Source: Hormiphora californensis
Taxonomy: Eukaryota > Animalia > Ctenophora
Length of the DNA: 64,000 nucleotides
Reading direction: 5' to 3'
NCBI GenBank assembly: GCA_020137815.1
Contig: CM035352.1
Coordinates: 2,480,001-2,544,000, forward strand
The position numbers were made by a program, and so were the translations under genes. Each line of letters starts with the position of its first letter. The first letter of the stretch is position 1. Below the pieces are notes generated by a model that had not been told where the DNA came from, searched no databases, and saw only the letters and a list, made by a program, of their open reading frames with translations. Shown piece after piece: positions 1 through 12,538 of this stretch.

Positions 1-3000
1 CCATCCCTTTCCTGGCGGGTATTATCAATGTCAAGAATGATCTGCCCCAGCTGGTACACCTATTGGCCTGGCAGCCTGCCTCCCCCTTAGAGGCACTCAC
101 CTACTTTACCAAAGAATACGATGATGTGAGTTTGGATGGGGGACCCCTCCAGGATATAACGTTGTGGCGAACTTTCATTAGCCCCTTCTCATTTATACTG
201 ATTCATTGCCTATATGTGGTTCCTTCTAACACCTGACTACTCTAATTATCACCTTATTATCATCCCAGAACCCGATAAGTGGTATGTTTGCACTACAGTC
301 CATCAAGTCCCATCCCTGTGAGATGTGTCTCTTCCTAGTACCCCAGATTGTACAGGCTATCAGACACGATACGTTCGGATACGTCAAGCAAATCATACGG
401 TACGGTAGAGAGGGAGAGAGAGAGAGAAAGCGAGGGGAGAGAGAGAATGAGGGAGAGAGATACAGAGTGTGTTCGGTGTACTTTATTTTGGAAAGAAGAG
501 AGATAAGACTTAAGAGTATAATTCGAGTTTTTATAAAATAATCTCTCCCTTGCTCACAGGTGGATTGCAAGTATTTCTCCTATAGTTACCCACCAGCTCA
601 TTTGGAACATGAAGGCCAACATGTATCTTGACGAGGAGGCCACCTGCATAGTAAGTGTGGGATGGGGAGGAGATGGAACTTGTATAGTAAGTGTGGGGTG
701 GAACTTGCATCAGTATTATAGTAAGTGTGTGGTACTGCAGGGTGTAGCTTTTGTTAGGGGGAGTAGTGGGTAGTGGGGAAGTTACGTGGGGAATCCCAGG
801 CTGATGGACGGTTGTTCGAGCAGTCCAATCCCTAATTGTTCCCTCTCATCCTTTACTTACAGGATCCATTGATAGGAGAAACACTCGACTCCTTTATTAC
901 CGAGATATCGAACACCATGAGCGCAGAATACCGGGAGTTTTACAATCGGGAGTTCAACTTCTTCAACACTGTAACAGAGATCAGCTCCATCATAAAGCCG
1001 TTCCCAAAGGGACCTGAGCGGAGGGCAGAGTGTCTTCGTGCCCTGAAGCAGATAACTGTCAATAGGTAACTTTTTAGAGTAGTTGCGCTTTAGGAGAGAT
1101 GTACACACTTATAGAAAGTGGTTTAGATTTATTGAATCTAACTCACTATACTCCTCTAACATTTAGTCTTCCAGGTTCGGCACCTATTTGCCCTCGAACC
1201 CTGATGCAGTCATTGTTGGGATAGACTACACATCGGGTCGACCAATGCAGAGCGCAGCAAAGGCACCGTTCCTGGCTACCTTCAAAGTCAAGTCTTGTGA
1301 GGTATGTGTGAGGTATATCTAGATACTACGTACGTGTGAGGTATAAGACCGGTATTATATCATATCTAGGTGTTGTATGATCTGGCCGTTTCTCTCTAAC
1401 ATACAACCCTGGTTTTGTTAGATACATGACGTCAAACATACAATTGCAGGTGAGTGAGATGCAGAATTATGATATCTCCAAAGCGGATCTAAGTATTGGT
1501 GTGACCAGCAAGTCTTGCATCTTTAAGGAGGGAGATGATCTTCGTCAGGATATTCTTGCCCTCCAGATTATCGAGTTCTTTTCTCGGGTAGGTCCCATTA
1601 TTGGATAATAGAATACTGAAGAATAAATTGTTTATAGCCGATTGTTCATATAATTAGTTTTTATCCTTTTTCAAATCAAATCAAATTAATAATATGGAGA
1701 TGATTTGATCATTTCTCACGTAATCATTGATTCACGTGAGAAAGTAGTACGTTGTTATTGGTTTCTTGTTAATTAATCAGAGTTGTTTAAAAAATCTCTT
1801 CATAACATTCATCACTTTTCCCAGGCTTTCAAATCAGTTAGTTTGGATGTGTTCCTGAAGCCATATCGAGTGGTTGCCACCGCCCCGGGGTCTGGGGTTA
1901 TTGAGGTGGTACCAAACAGTAAAACAAGGGACGAACTGGGCAAGAAAACAGGTAAAATACGGAATTATTATGAGATGAATTTTGCAAGAAAACCAGTATT
2001 CGGCTAGTTGTTAGATACATACTATGGTTCCTTCCTCACTCCCCAATCTCTCTTTCTCCAGGGGAGACCCTCTACAACTATTTCATCGCTACGCACGGTG
2101 ACGAGGCAAGCGAGACATTCTGTGCTGCCAGAGAGAACTTTATAAAAAGTATGGCAGGGTACAGTATCGTCACCTGGCTTCTACAGATAAAGGATCGGCA
2201 CAACGCTAACATCATGATTGATGCTATCGGTTAGTTAATACAGGGAGGGGTCTATGATCAATCTAACTATTCATCTTTCAGTTCCAATTTATTACTCATT
2301 ACTCAACAAGTTCCAATGATATTGATTTAAAACTAAGCAGCTCTATCTAATACTCCCCAATATAATGACAATATGCCTCCCAGGGAACATCATTCACATT
2401 GACTTTGGATTCCTGTTTGAAAGTTCCCCTGGTGGAAATATGGGCTTTGAGCCAGATATCAAGCTAACTCCGGAAATGGTCGATATCATGGGTACGTGGG
2501 GGACATGTGTGTATTATGACGTTATAGGATTAGGGAATTACTCATGTGTTTGTGTTTGTCATATCGCCACTATCCACACATTTGCTGATAATAACATCAA
2601 CTCTTCTTCAGGAGGTAGCCCCGACTCAGCACCCTTCAAGCGGTTTGTGGACCTCGTGGTTAGGGGGTTCCTTGCAGTGCGTCCCTATTGCGAGTCCATA
2701 TGTACCCTGGTCTCCCTCATGATGGAGAGTAATCTACCTTGTTTCCGGGATGATGCCCTGAGGAAACTTAGAAACAGGTGGGTTCTAATGATTCTACTAG
2801 TATTCGGGGTTACTGGATCAAGCAATGTATTCCAATGCGTTGTCTGGATAACTATGGTAACTATGGTAACTATGGTAACTATGATATGTTTCTCCTTCTA
2901 GAAGCTTCTCTCTCCTCAACTATAATATCACTGCACTAGGTTCCAACCCAATGTTTCTGATCGAGATGCTGCTATCCACGCCAAGAAAATGATACACAAC

Positions 3001-3069
3001 TGTATGGGGAATATGAGGACCGCTGGATATGATCGTATTCAGGCCATGCAAAATAACATTGCTTACTGA
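1..3069 (+). CDS. PI4KA: Phosphatidylinositol 4-kinase III alpha, C-terminal multi-exon part (5' end lies outside the window)
   Basis: Spliced exons give [89 protein letters not shown] and [21 protein letters not shown]. The protein ends [13 protein letters not shown], stop TGA 3067-3069. Introns are GT-AG. Confidence 0.95.
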
Positions 3070-3447
3070 TGTATCTCTTTAAAGTTTGTTTAGTTTAGCT
3101 TTTGGACTAATATTGTCTTGTAGTTTTTGTTAGATCCTGTTTGAACAGTGTATAATTATAGTTGAAATGTGATATGATTTTGTGTTATTTTCTTGATTCT
3201 TTTTTCTGTTGAAGTTTTAGTTTATAATAGTCTCATTGCATGTAACTCTCTTTGCTTTACAAATTACCCCGTCAATCTCATAACCCTCACTTATTCTAGC
3301 AAGTCTCCCCACTGTGGTGTGTAAGATTTCAATCCTGCAGTCCAACTCGTGTGGAAGAGCTCTCTTTCTCACCGCTGAACACTGAGATAACGTGGAGTTG
3401 GTTGAAACGATTCAAGCGTGAGAGAACTGAAGAGATTCCGAAGCAGC

Positions 3448-6400
3448 ATGGTCCAGGTAATAACTTTGCAGGGGTTGTCATGACAACTGGAATTCTTACC
3501 AATAACTTTGCAGGTAACTGTGAGCAGTCTGGACGGCTGTCAAATCAAGCAAGATATGGACGTTATGAGTCTAGTAGCGGACCTACACCAGCTAATACTT
3601 CACAAATTGGAGAGTGACGCTGCTAGCCAAACCCTGGAAACAACACGCCTCATTCATGTCACTGGTTCGTACCTCAATAGCGTTAGTAGAGAGAGATAGG
3701 TTGATTGGTGTCTCCAACCCCCGACAAGCATACTCCTTCTTCAGTTTGGTTTCTAATCTTTCTTACCGAGTTGCTCTCACATACACAGTCTACCTACCGA
3801 TAGTAACACCCACCTCTCTCTCCAGGTCGTGCCCTCGATTCTGACAAGACGCTTCAGGAGGAGTTAATCAGGGACAAGGACGAGTTGATCCTGATAAAGC
3901 GGCGACTAAAGGAGCCCAGTGACAACAGCGAGAAGGACAGCACGGCCCCTGAGGTTCCTGAGGCAGTATTGGATGAAGTTATGGCATCTCTTCCCCCTGC
4001 TAACAATGCTGGCAAGACAGGTACTGTTCATATGTGAAGTTCACATGATGTTGTCATGTTGTCGAGGTGATCTTATTCGGGAGGGGGGCCGGCTGAAGTT
4101 TTTGAAGTTTGAAGTTTTCCACCCTACTTTTTGAGTTTTTGAAGTTTTTGAAGTTGACTTCAAAAACTTCAAAAACTTCAAAAACTCTAAACTACTTTTA
4201 TATGCTATCAGTGACTATTATTACACTTGTTTAGGTTAGTTTCATGCTTAATACATATTGTGGCAAAGTTATCCGTCCTTGTCTGCCCTTTTTCTACCAT
4301 AAATTAGGATATTTACAATGATTCCTAGCCATGAAATTCATGGCATAATTTGGTGTAAAAATTTTTAATTTTTTGTAAAAACAGATTTCATTTTCATTCT
4401 ATAACTCAAAAAATTGCCTAGAAAATGTAAAGAAAGTGTTTAAAAATTATCAAGTAAATTATCAAAAAAATTTTTGGGGCCACACCCTTTTTGCCATTTT
4501 CATAAAACGCAAATTTTTTATGAAGGGATAAGTGAAAAAAATATGGACACCAAAATCATCAGCGGCCTCGAGTTAGTGGGGGTACGTGCCAAAATGAAGT
4601 CTCCACCTCATCTAATTCGAGGGATAATGGGATATTTTCAAAATTTTGTGTGTGTGCATGACTTTTTTTCGGGCTAGACCGGTTTCAATGGTTTCTGAGT
4701 GTCTATAGGATTTTTTAAGGGGTGTATCTTGTCCAGAATATGCAAGTTTATATAAGAGTTATGAAGCAACATAGGGCCTATCTCCAACGGTTTAGGAGAA
4801 ATGAGTTTTTGAAGTTTTTGAAGTTTTTGAAGTTTTCCACCCTAAGTTTCTCTTTGAAGTTTTTGAAGTCGACTTCAAAAACTTCAAAAACTTCAGCCGG
4901 CCCCCCCCCCCTTATTCGCCAACTGAGTTCTAACTAAACTTAACTCTGTGTTACACACCAGGAGTTACGGAGAAGATAACTGATACAAATAATCTGAGTA
5001 CCATCCTGCTTCATCGCATTGTTGTTAGTCTTGTTGACTGCGCCGAGATGCTCCAATATGACAGGTAAGAGGAAGGTTCCCCCCCCCCCCTGATAAGAGG
5101 CTATTGTGCTCACTGCTCACCCTACTTTACCTAGATCCGTGACCTTACAAATATTCAGAAGACGATTGTTTAGCAACACACACATCAATACATCCTCCCT
5201 CCCTGCAGGTTACAGGCGGGTGAGTCATCTAATGAGATAATGTATAGTGAGGACGATGTCAAGCAGATTGTAGATCTGGGATTTACTGACGATCAGGCAA
5301 AACAGGCACTGGTTGCCAATAACTACCGTCTAGATTCAGCTATTGAGTGGCTGTTGGCTGGACAACATAACAATGCTAGCGCCTCCTCCACACGACGGGG
5401 CGAGGGAGCTACCACCCGACCTAGGAGAAGAAGAGGTAACGCGTCAATAACTTTGCGTCTTGTAAATCCATCTGACTTCAAGTATAATTCACCTCCCCAT
5501 TATAATTTATTTATATCTTTAGGTGTATTTAAGCCAGACAAGGAAGCAGTTAAGAACTTGGTTGAGATGGGGTTCCCTGAGGTGGAGGTAGTGGGGGCCC
5601 TGGAGCTAACCCGGAACAACCAACAAGAGGCATGCGCCATACTTCTCGGTTAGTTCACCCACTTTAGGTTAGCTGTAGAGGATGAGATCCTCTGCATGCA
5701 ACAACAGGGTCATCGCCTCGTGGGAACACCCTTTTTGTGTGTTTGTGTGACTTGTTTGCATCGGATCCACGTTGTGTGGCTCACACTGGAAAGTGTGAGG
5801 GTTCTGAAGATCCACACCTACGCAGTCTAGTGCAAACATGTGTGGCGACTTGGGAAATGGGAAGAAGGGTTGCGACTTGGAAAGAAGGGTTGGGAATTGT
5901 GTAGTCCGTTTGACGCCTGGCCTTAATAGTTTGCCGAGTCCTGCGACCTAGTCTCAACATTCATGGACGTGTGTCCCCACGCAATCTCTAATACACGTCT
6001 TGTTAATTGAAGTGGGATTGATTGTAATAAGAGAATACAATTCTTTCCAAATTACCCATTTGTTAGGGATCTGAGTTGATCTGATCATCTCTTCTTCCCC
6101 TTATTGACCCCTTACTCAACAACCTCCCCCTACATAATGGGGGGGGGTGTCTTGAACTATCCCTATATTAACATATCTCTACCCCTCCCCAGGTGATAGA
6201 CAAGAACCCTTTGTCTCCTCTGAGATGTACACACCCCTGCCCCGGGACCACGGTCTTTACAAGCTCGTCATGGAACGGAGTGAGATACAAAAAGCTCTCC
6301 TGACTCCCAAATTCCTGGATGCAATGCGAGATTTGGAGGATAAGATCTCCTCTGTAGGAGACTTTGGTGATGATCCAGATATTGGGCCGATCCTTTTCCA

Positions 6401-6470
6401 GATTAGTAAGGCGATACAAAAGTACAGCTCAACAAGAGCCGCTTTGAGTAGTAATGGGGAGGACGTGTAA
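3448..6470 (+). CDS. UBAC1: UBL-UBA-UBA-STI1-like protein (UBAC1/KPC2), multi-exon
   Basis: ATG 3448 gives MVQ|VTVSSLDG...RLIHVTG|RALDSDKTLQEELIRDKDELILIKRR (UBL). UBA1 is VKQIVDLGFTDDQAKQALVANNYRLDSAIEWLL and UBA2 is VKNLVEMGFPEVEVVGALELTRNNQQEACAILL. The C-terminus ...DDPDIGPILFQISKAIQ resembles the UBAC1 tail. Confidence 0.85.
4080..4910. mobile_element. Non-autonomous DNA transposon (MITE-like) in a UBAC1 intron
   Basis: Terminal inverted repeats GGGGGGCCGGCTGAAGTTTT ... AAAACTTCAGCCGGCCCCCC, with subterminal TTTTGAAG arrays. An 8-bp direct repeat CTTATTCG flanks it (4072-4079 and 4911-4918). Confidence 0.85.
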
Positions 6471-7098
6471 CAGCATGTGGACTTGTGTAACAGTGTAACA
6501 GGTTACCGGAGGGGGTAGTAGGGATTACTGAAAAGCACCAAATTCCCCGTCTAATCGGTTAGAGTGGGGAATTGGTTGTTTTTCAGTCTCAAAATATCCC
6601 CAATTCCGTAATTTTGAGCGTTAAACCTTAGATAAGGGCTAGACGAGTGGTCTGAGTGAGTGAGAGGTAGAGGTTGAGAGATGACAATAATTTGCCGTCA
6701 AATTTGTCCGTCAAATTTGTCCGTCAACTTTTGAGTGAGTTTAGTGAGGGATTGGACAATTAGATACAAGCTTTAGTAAAGATATAATGCTGGGCGTTGC
6801 GCTATGATAATGTAAATATTTGTGATAATTTTGTTTCGTTACCCCGTTAGAAAATCGTCCTCCTATTCTCCAACCCATTCTCCTAGTCCAACATTTCACG
6901 TGTCACGCCCTCTCCGACCCATCGGCCAAATTAAGAACACGTCATTCGGTTTGCAGGAAAATAAAATAGCAATATAAATACAGTTGTAAACGTATAATTT
7001 ACAGAAACGCTACGTTTAATAAAAATCAAGTAACACTTCTCATAAAACATAGTCCTTGTCCCATCAAGTCCCAAACATGGTTCATTCAGTCCAGATCT

Positions 7099-10085
7099 CT
7101 ACATGTAGGCGACATAGTAGGCGGAGGCGGCTAGACCCGCTGCAACAGCGGCTGTGACACCGATCTGTTGCAACTTCTCTCCTGACATGTTAGAGCCTCC
7201 TCCTCCTGTAGTCTTCTTCTTGCCAGCACCACCTGAACGGAGGGGGGGGGGGGGTAAATGCTAAGTTATGGAGCTAAGTTGCCCAGTCGATAATGCTGGT
7301 GTAATCCCAGTCTAACCCTGCAATGCTGGGCCTGCATGGTACTAGCTGGTGTGTGTCGCGCCGTTTGAACAAAACAAGTGTCTGCTTGGAAATCCTGATA
7401 TATCAGGATGTCCGAGCAAACAAGACGATGATGATAGTAAAACTCAGTGTTTCCCTGAAGTAAGTAACATAAAATAGGCTGATTCCAAATAACACACAGA
7501 CACACACACACAATAAATATATTAGTATCAAATCCATTGTCCAGTTTGAGTATCAAGATTTCATTCCCGACAGAGAGAGATAGAGAGAGAGAGGCCTTGT
7601 TGTCATGTATCAAGGTTTCATTCCCGACAGAGAGAGAGGGAGGCCTTGTTGTCATGTATCAAGGTTTCTTGTTGTTTGTAGATTCGGTGACAGACGAGTG
7701 AAACGGTAACACCTAATATCAGCTGCTGCAGCAGCTCGGAGAAATCATTTCAGTTGTTTGTCTCTTCTCTTCTCCCTCTCTATTCCTCATGTCCTCTGGT
7801 CAGTTTGTCCTTTCTCTCTATTCCTGTCCCCCGGTAAGATGGAACATGAGCGTGGCACACCCCACAATGACAGAGATTCCCGTGGCCTCCATCATGGATG
7901 GTACCTCTCCGAACAACATCAACTGGAACAGGAAGGCCCAGATAATACTGCTGCTCCTCAGGATGGTGATCAGGGACATGGGGAGTCGGGCACCCAGACC
8001 CATATCCATCAGGAGGGGCCTGGTGAAGAAGAGGAGAGATCCAGCGAGAATGTATGCTACGGCCTCCATGGTGGGGATCTGGACAAGTTTGTAACTGTTG
8101 GGTCCCTGGAGTCCGAGACACAAGACGACAGCCATCAGGGAGTTGTAGAATGTGAACTGGGAGAAATGTAGTCGCTGTCCACCTTCCATCATCATTTTCT
8201 TGTTAAGGATCATGGTCAGAGCCCTCATCACGTTCATGACAACAGCCAGCCCGATAGCAATGTACCGCTCAGCATCATACTCCTCAAAGTCGTTAATTCC
8301 AGATTCCCCGAAGATGAAGGCTGGTTGGGAGATAAGGAAGACCCCACAGACGGTAGTCAGGGTACACAACCACTGAGATGTGGTCATCTTGGTTCCCAGG
8401 ACGATCCTGTTTAGGATGGAGGTGGTGACTGGGGACATGCCCATGAGGGCAGCTGTCAGACCGAGGGGAAGTTTCCGGGCAACGTACATCTGGGCAAAGG
8501 TCTGGAAGACGGTCATACCAACTCGCATAAAGAGACTCTTCTTGTTCTCAATGTCACCCAGGGACAGACTCTTTCCCTTGATGGCCTTGGCGTAGATAGT
8601 GGCGAAGATAAGACAGAACATGGATCTCATGAACCGAACCTGGACAACTGGGGCGAGTTTAGCGGCTAGTTTCTGTGACGTCATAGCTCCACTCATACAG
8701 AAGGTTCCAGTCAACATGATGATCACTCCCAGTACTGTGACCTGTCCTTGCCTCTTCTTGCCTCCACCTCCCTTACCACCCTTTCCACCTTTTCCCTTTC
8801 CACCCTTGCCCTTTCCTCCCTTGGGTCCCTGGCCGTTCCTTGGTCCATCTCCGTTCTGGGCTTGTCTTTTCAGCTCGTCAATTTCGTCTACTTCACCACC
8901 AGCTCCTCCTCCGTTGACGTTCCTGCGTCGTAGCTCTCCACCGGCTTCTGAAAAGACAAGCGGGAGAGGGTTAGGGGCTGCTCCAGGATACAATTTGTTA
9001 GGTGAGATCATGTGTAATACATCTCACCTAACAAGACTAGTGAGGTTGGTATGGAGGAGAAATGGAAAGGAGCAACCCCACCCGTCTTCCCGCTTTAAAA
9101 AAAGGGGGGAAAGAGAAAGTATTTTTGAAATAATTTTATGGAAAGATCAATGTGTGCTTGAATTTTTACCTTGGCTGCCGCCTCGTCCTCCAGCTCCACC
9201 ACCTCGGCCGCCACCGCCTCGCCCAGCGCCCTCAGCTCCGCCTCGGCCACCGCCACCACCACCTCGACCGGCACCTTCGCCACCGCCTCGGCCACCGCCG
9301 CCACCACCTCGCCCGGCTCCCTCGCCGCCACCTCGGCCGCCGCCACCTCGTCCAGCGCCCTCAGCTCCGCCTCGGCCAGCACCACCGCCTCGTCCAGCGC
9401 CCTCGCCGCCTCCTCGGCCGCCGCCACCTCGTCCGGCTCCCTCACCGCCGCCTCGGCCGCCGCCACCTCGTCCAGCGCCTTCGCCGCCACCTCGGCCGGC
9501 GCCTTCGCCTCCACCTCGACCTCCTCGGCCTCCACCCCTCTTAGCTCCTCCCTCGTTGGTATTCTCATCACCTTCACCGGCCTTTCCTTTCTTTCCTCCT
9601 CGGCCTCCACCGCCACCGCCTCGCTTGCCTCGGGCAGCTGAAAATAGGTCGATTTAAAAAGATGATACTCCTTCATAAAACTTATTACAAGAAATGCTGC
9701 TCCTTCATAAAATTATTTACTACCGACAGACACTGCTGCACTTACCCTGCTGCTTCTGCTGTAGCTCAATGTAGGCATCTACGTCACCAAGGGTGGCAGT
9801 GATCTCATCGAAATCGTCATTAGTGTTGTTGGATGAGATGAAATCATCAAAAATAGCGACGTTCTTCTCAGGAGCGCTGGCTAGGGGAGCTGCAACTTCT
9901 GTAGAGGGGAGGGGAAGTTAGAATTCAGTAGTTCTAGTCAAACAGGAAATGGCTTATGGTACATGATTAGACTGCCAGAGAATTGGTCTAACAGTGACAG
10001 TGTTTAGAAGTGACAAGTTCAGGCCTAGAAAACAAAGTGTGTCAATGATTATAAATGCGTCAAAGAATCAAGACTTACCAGCCAT
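7099..10085 (-). CDS. RGG/Gly-rich protein, tail-anchored isoform: exons 10085-10079, 9898-9746, 9637-9170, 7232-7099
   Basis: All junctions are phase-1 GT-AG, and the internal exons are 153 and 468 nt (multiples of 3). Translation: MAEVAAPLASAPEKNVAIFDDF..., then (GRGGGEGAGRGGG)-type repeats, then ...QQIGVTAAVAAGLAASAYYVAYM*. Confidence 0.7.
7818..8947 (-). CDS. EamA/DMT-superfamily (SLC35G-like) transporter exon; likely alternative last exon of the RGG gene
   Basis: The ORF has about 10 hydrophobic segments and DMT motifs (VQVRFMRS, LPLGLTAALMGMSPVTTSIL, GVFLISQPAFIFG, FLFQLMLFGEVPS). The acceptor ttttcag before 8947 joins phase 1, in frame with the RGG exon (G|AA GCC GGT = EAGG). Confidence 0.85.
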
Positions 10086-10319
10086 AGTGTCAAAAGATTT
10101 GTGTGTCTGTGTGATTTACGGAACGACTATATTCTATCAGAGAAAGAGATCAACTATAAGAGTTGGATTGTAAGTGAGGATCCTTGATCGCTGGGCTTAT
10201 AATGTTTGTAGATATTGCGTAGGTGTGTGTCTTGTGCGTGGGTGCGTGTGCTGTTGATGCTTGTTTTACTTAACCAGCGACACCGTTATCAACTCTCAAT
10301 ATATCTTTCTCTCTCTCCC

Positions 10320-10420
<101 letters not shown>

Positions 10421-10976
10421 TCTGATCTCTCTTTCTCTTCCTCTCTATTACTCTTGGTGCACGGAAAACTGCGGCATGAGTTTGCGATGCAAGACTAGTG
10501 ATTCACACACGTGTGAGTCAAAGGTGAAAGGAGTGAGATTTGTTCCATTATTTCTTGAAAGAAAAAAAAGCTCGAGTTTTAATCAATATAAGAATTCAAA
10601 AGTAGAATAAAATTAACAAATAACTAACTAGATTTCATAGATTTCAAGAGGTATTTCCTCCTCAGTCCTCTGCTCTGCTCAAATATAGATTTCATGCATC
10701 AAATACAGATCAAGTAGGTTCCCAGTTCCCACAGTGTGATGATATTCATTAAAGCATATCAATAACTTGTTCGAGTCCTCTTCAAACTATATCGAATATC
10801 AGTTGGGTACATATTCTGTGTCCCGTATCTAGGTCCTAGAAGTAGATTCGGGACACAGGGTCTTTTTTACACCTCTGATAGACCTACAATTGTCTCTACT
10901 ACAAACTCTCAATGAACAATAAATATTTCATTTGCTACAAAACATCGTTCAGACATCGAATATAGTGTTCAAGTGT

Positions 10977-12538
10977 TCATCTGTAGCAAATAGTAACAGG
11001 ACGAGGGGACATTGGCGTGACGGGGTGGTAACCATAGTTACCAACTGCATTCGTCTTGATCTCTTCTGATCCAGATTGAAGTTCTCTCTGCTGTCTTTGT
11101 GTCATTCTGTCCCTCTGTCTCTTGTTCTTGAACCAGTTGGACACTTGGGTAATGGTCAATCCTGACTTGACAGAGATCTCCTTCTTCTCTGAAATTATAA
11201 AGAATGTTAATAGCTAAATTCCCACAGTAAAATTGAATCCTCCCCACAGTCCATCACCCGAAGGACCCCACTGAAACTGTAATTCCATTGCTCTCCCTCT
11301 ATCCTCCTTCTCTTTTTCTCCCTCTATCCCCCCTAAAATCTCTCCCCATTAGTACCTGATGGTGTAGGGTATTTGTTGCTCAGGTAGAACTCAATGAGAT
11401 GGAGCCTGGACCTGTCCTTGAAGCAGTAGCTGGTGTTATCTCCATCCCAGATAGTAGCAGGGAAGGGGAACTTCTTCCGCAGTCGATACCTGAATCAGGA
11501 AAACACAGGTTATTAATAAGAAATTAGCTATCTGCTGCCCTAAATAATAGCGAAATGAGTAACCAAATTCCGATACAACACTTCTAAGACCCAACACTTC
11601 TAACACCCCTTCCAATTTCAGTACCTGTCGACAGCGGTGAGAGCACGACCTCGGAGCTGTTCAGCGTTGTCATAGTGTGCTTGGAGCCACATCCCCTGGA
11701 GCTCCCCATGGTAACGGTGACTGAACATCCGACATTGTACCAGGTAGAAGAACTGGGGGATAGTGTGGGGGTTAGATCTAATGTTTGGAAGGGGATAGTG
11801 TGGGGGTTAGATCTAATGTTGATGGGAATCGGGGGCCGGGGAAGGGGGATATTCGAAACTCGGTGTTGGTCTAGATAATATAATGAGTTATTAAACATGG
11901 GGGTATTACAATTGAATTCAATTGAATATTGAGTAATCTATAGAGTATAGCTCTTGATTAGCTTGTAACTTACATGAGAAAACTGTCGGCTGTAGTAGGC
12001 GCAGAACACGTGCCCCACATAAATCTCCTTCTGGGTCCATCAGGCTGGGGGGAGCTAAATTCCATATCACCTCTGGTAACTTATCAAATTTCCGGTCCGC
12101 TATGAGTCCCCTAATCCTGGTACAAACATCCACAACAGGTTCCTTGTCCTCTTCAGCTGTAGTAGTTGTGGTGGTGGTGTCCACTGCGGTTGTAGGTTCT
12201 GCTTTGGTGGGGAACATAGGGAATGGGATGAGGGATGTGTCTTGGTAGAACTGTGGCGGACTGCTGTAGTATCCTCCTTCCTCTTTGATCGGTGTTGTGG
12301 CTGGCGGAGAGGAATCATAGTAAGGGAGGTCAGGGGACCGTAGTTGGGAGATGAAGAACTGCTGATGGCCGGGGTCTGGTGCTATGATATCATGGCTGAG
12401 TCTAGCCACTGTCCGTGGTGGCGGTGAAGGAGAGTCATGGTGGTACACCGTGGTGCTGTTGTTATACTGGGCAGGTTCATGGAGCTCGAACTTGGGAGAT
12501 ATCTGGATAGGGGCGTACTGGTGGAGTGTGGTACTCAT
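10977..12538 (-). CDS. SIX/sine oculis-class homeobox transcription factor: exons 12538-11974, 11752-11625, 11489-11356, 11188-10977; apparent 1-nt frameshift near 12005
   Basis: SIX domain ...[44 protein letters not shown], followed by homeodomain [55 protein letters not shown] (K50). Confidence 0.93.

Noticed and set aside
8599-9676. Pro-rich 352-aa, Ala/Ser-rich and EAVA-rich ORFs over the GC-rich repeat
   Set aside because: These are shadow frames. Splice phases on both sides select the minus-strand Gly/Arg (RGG) frame.
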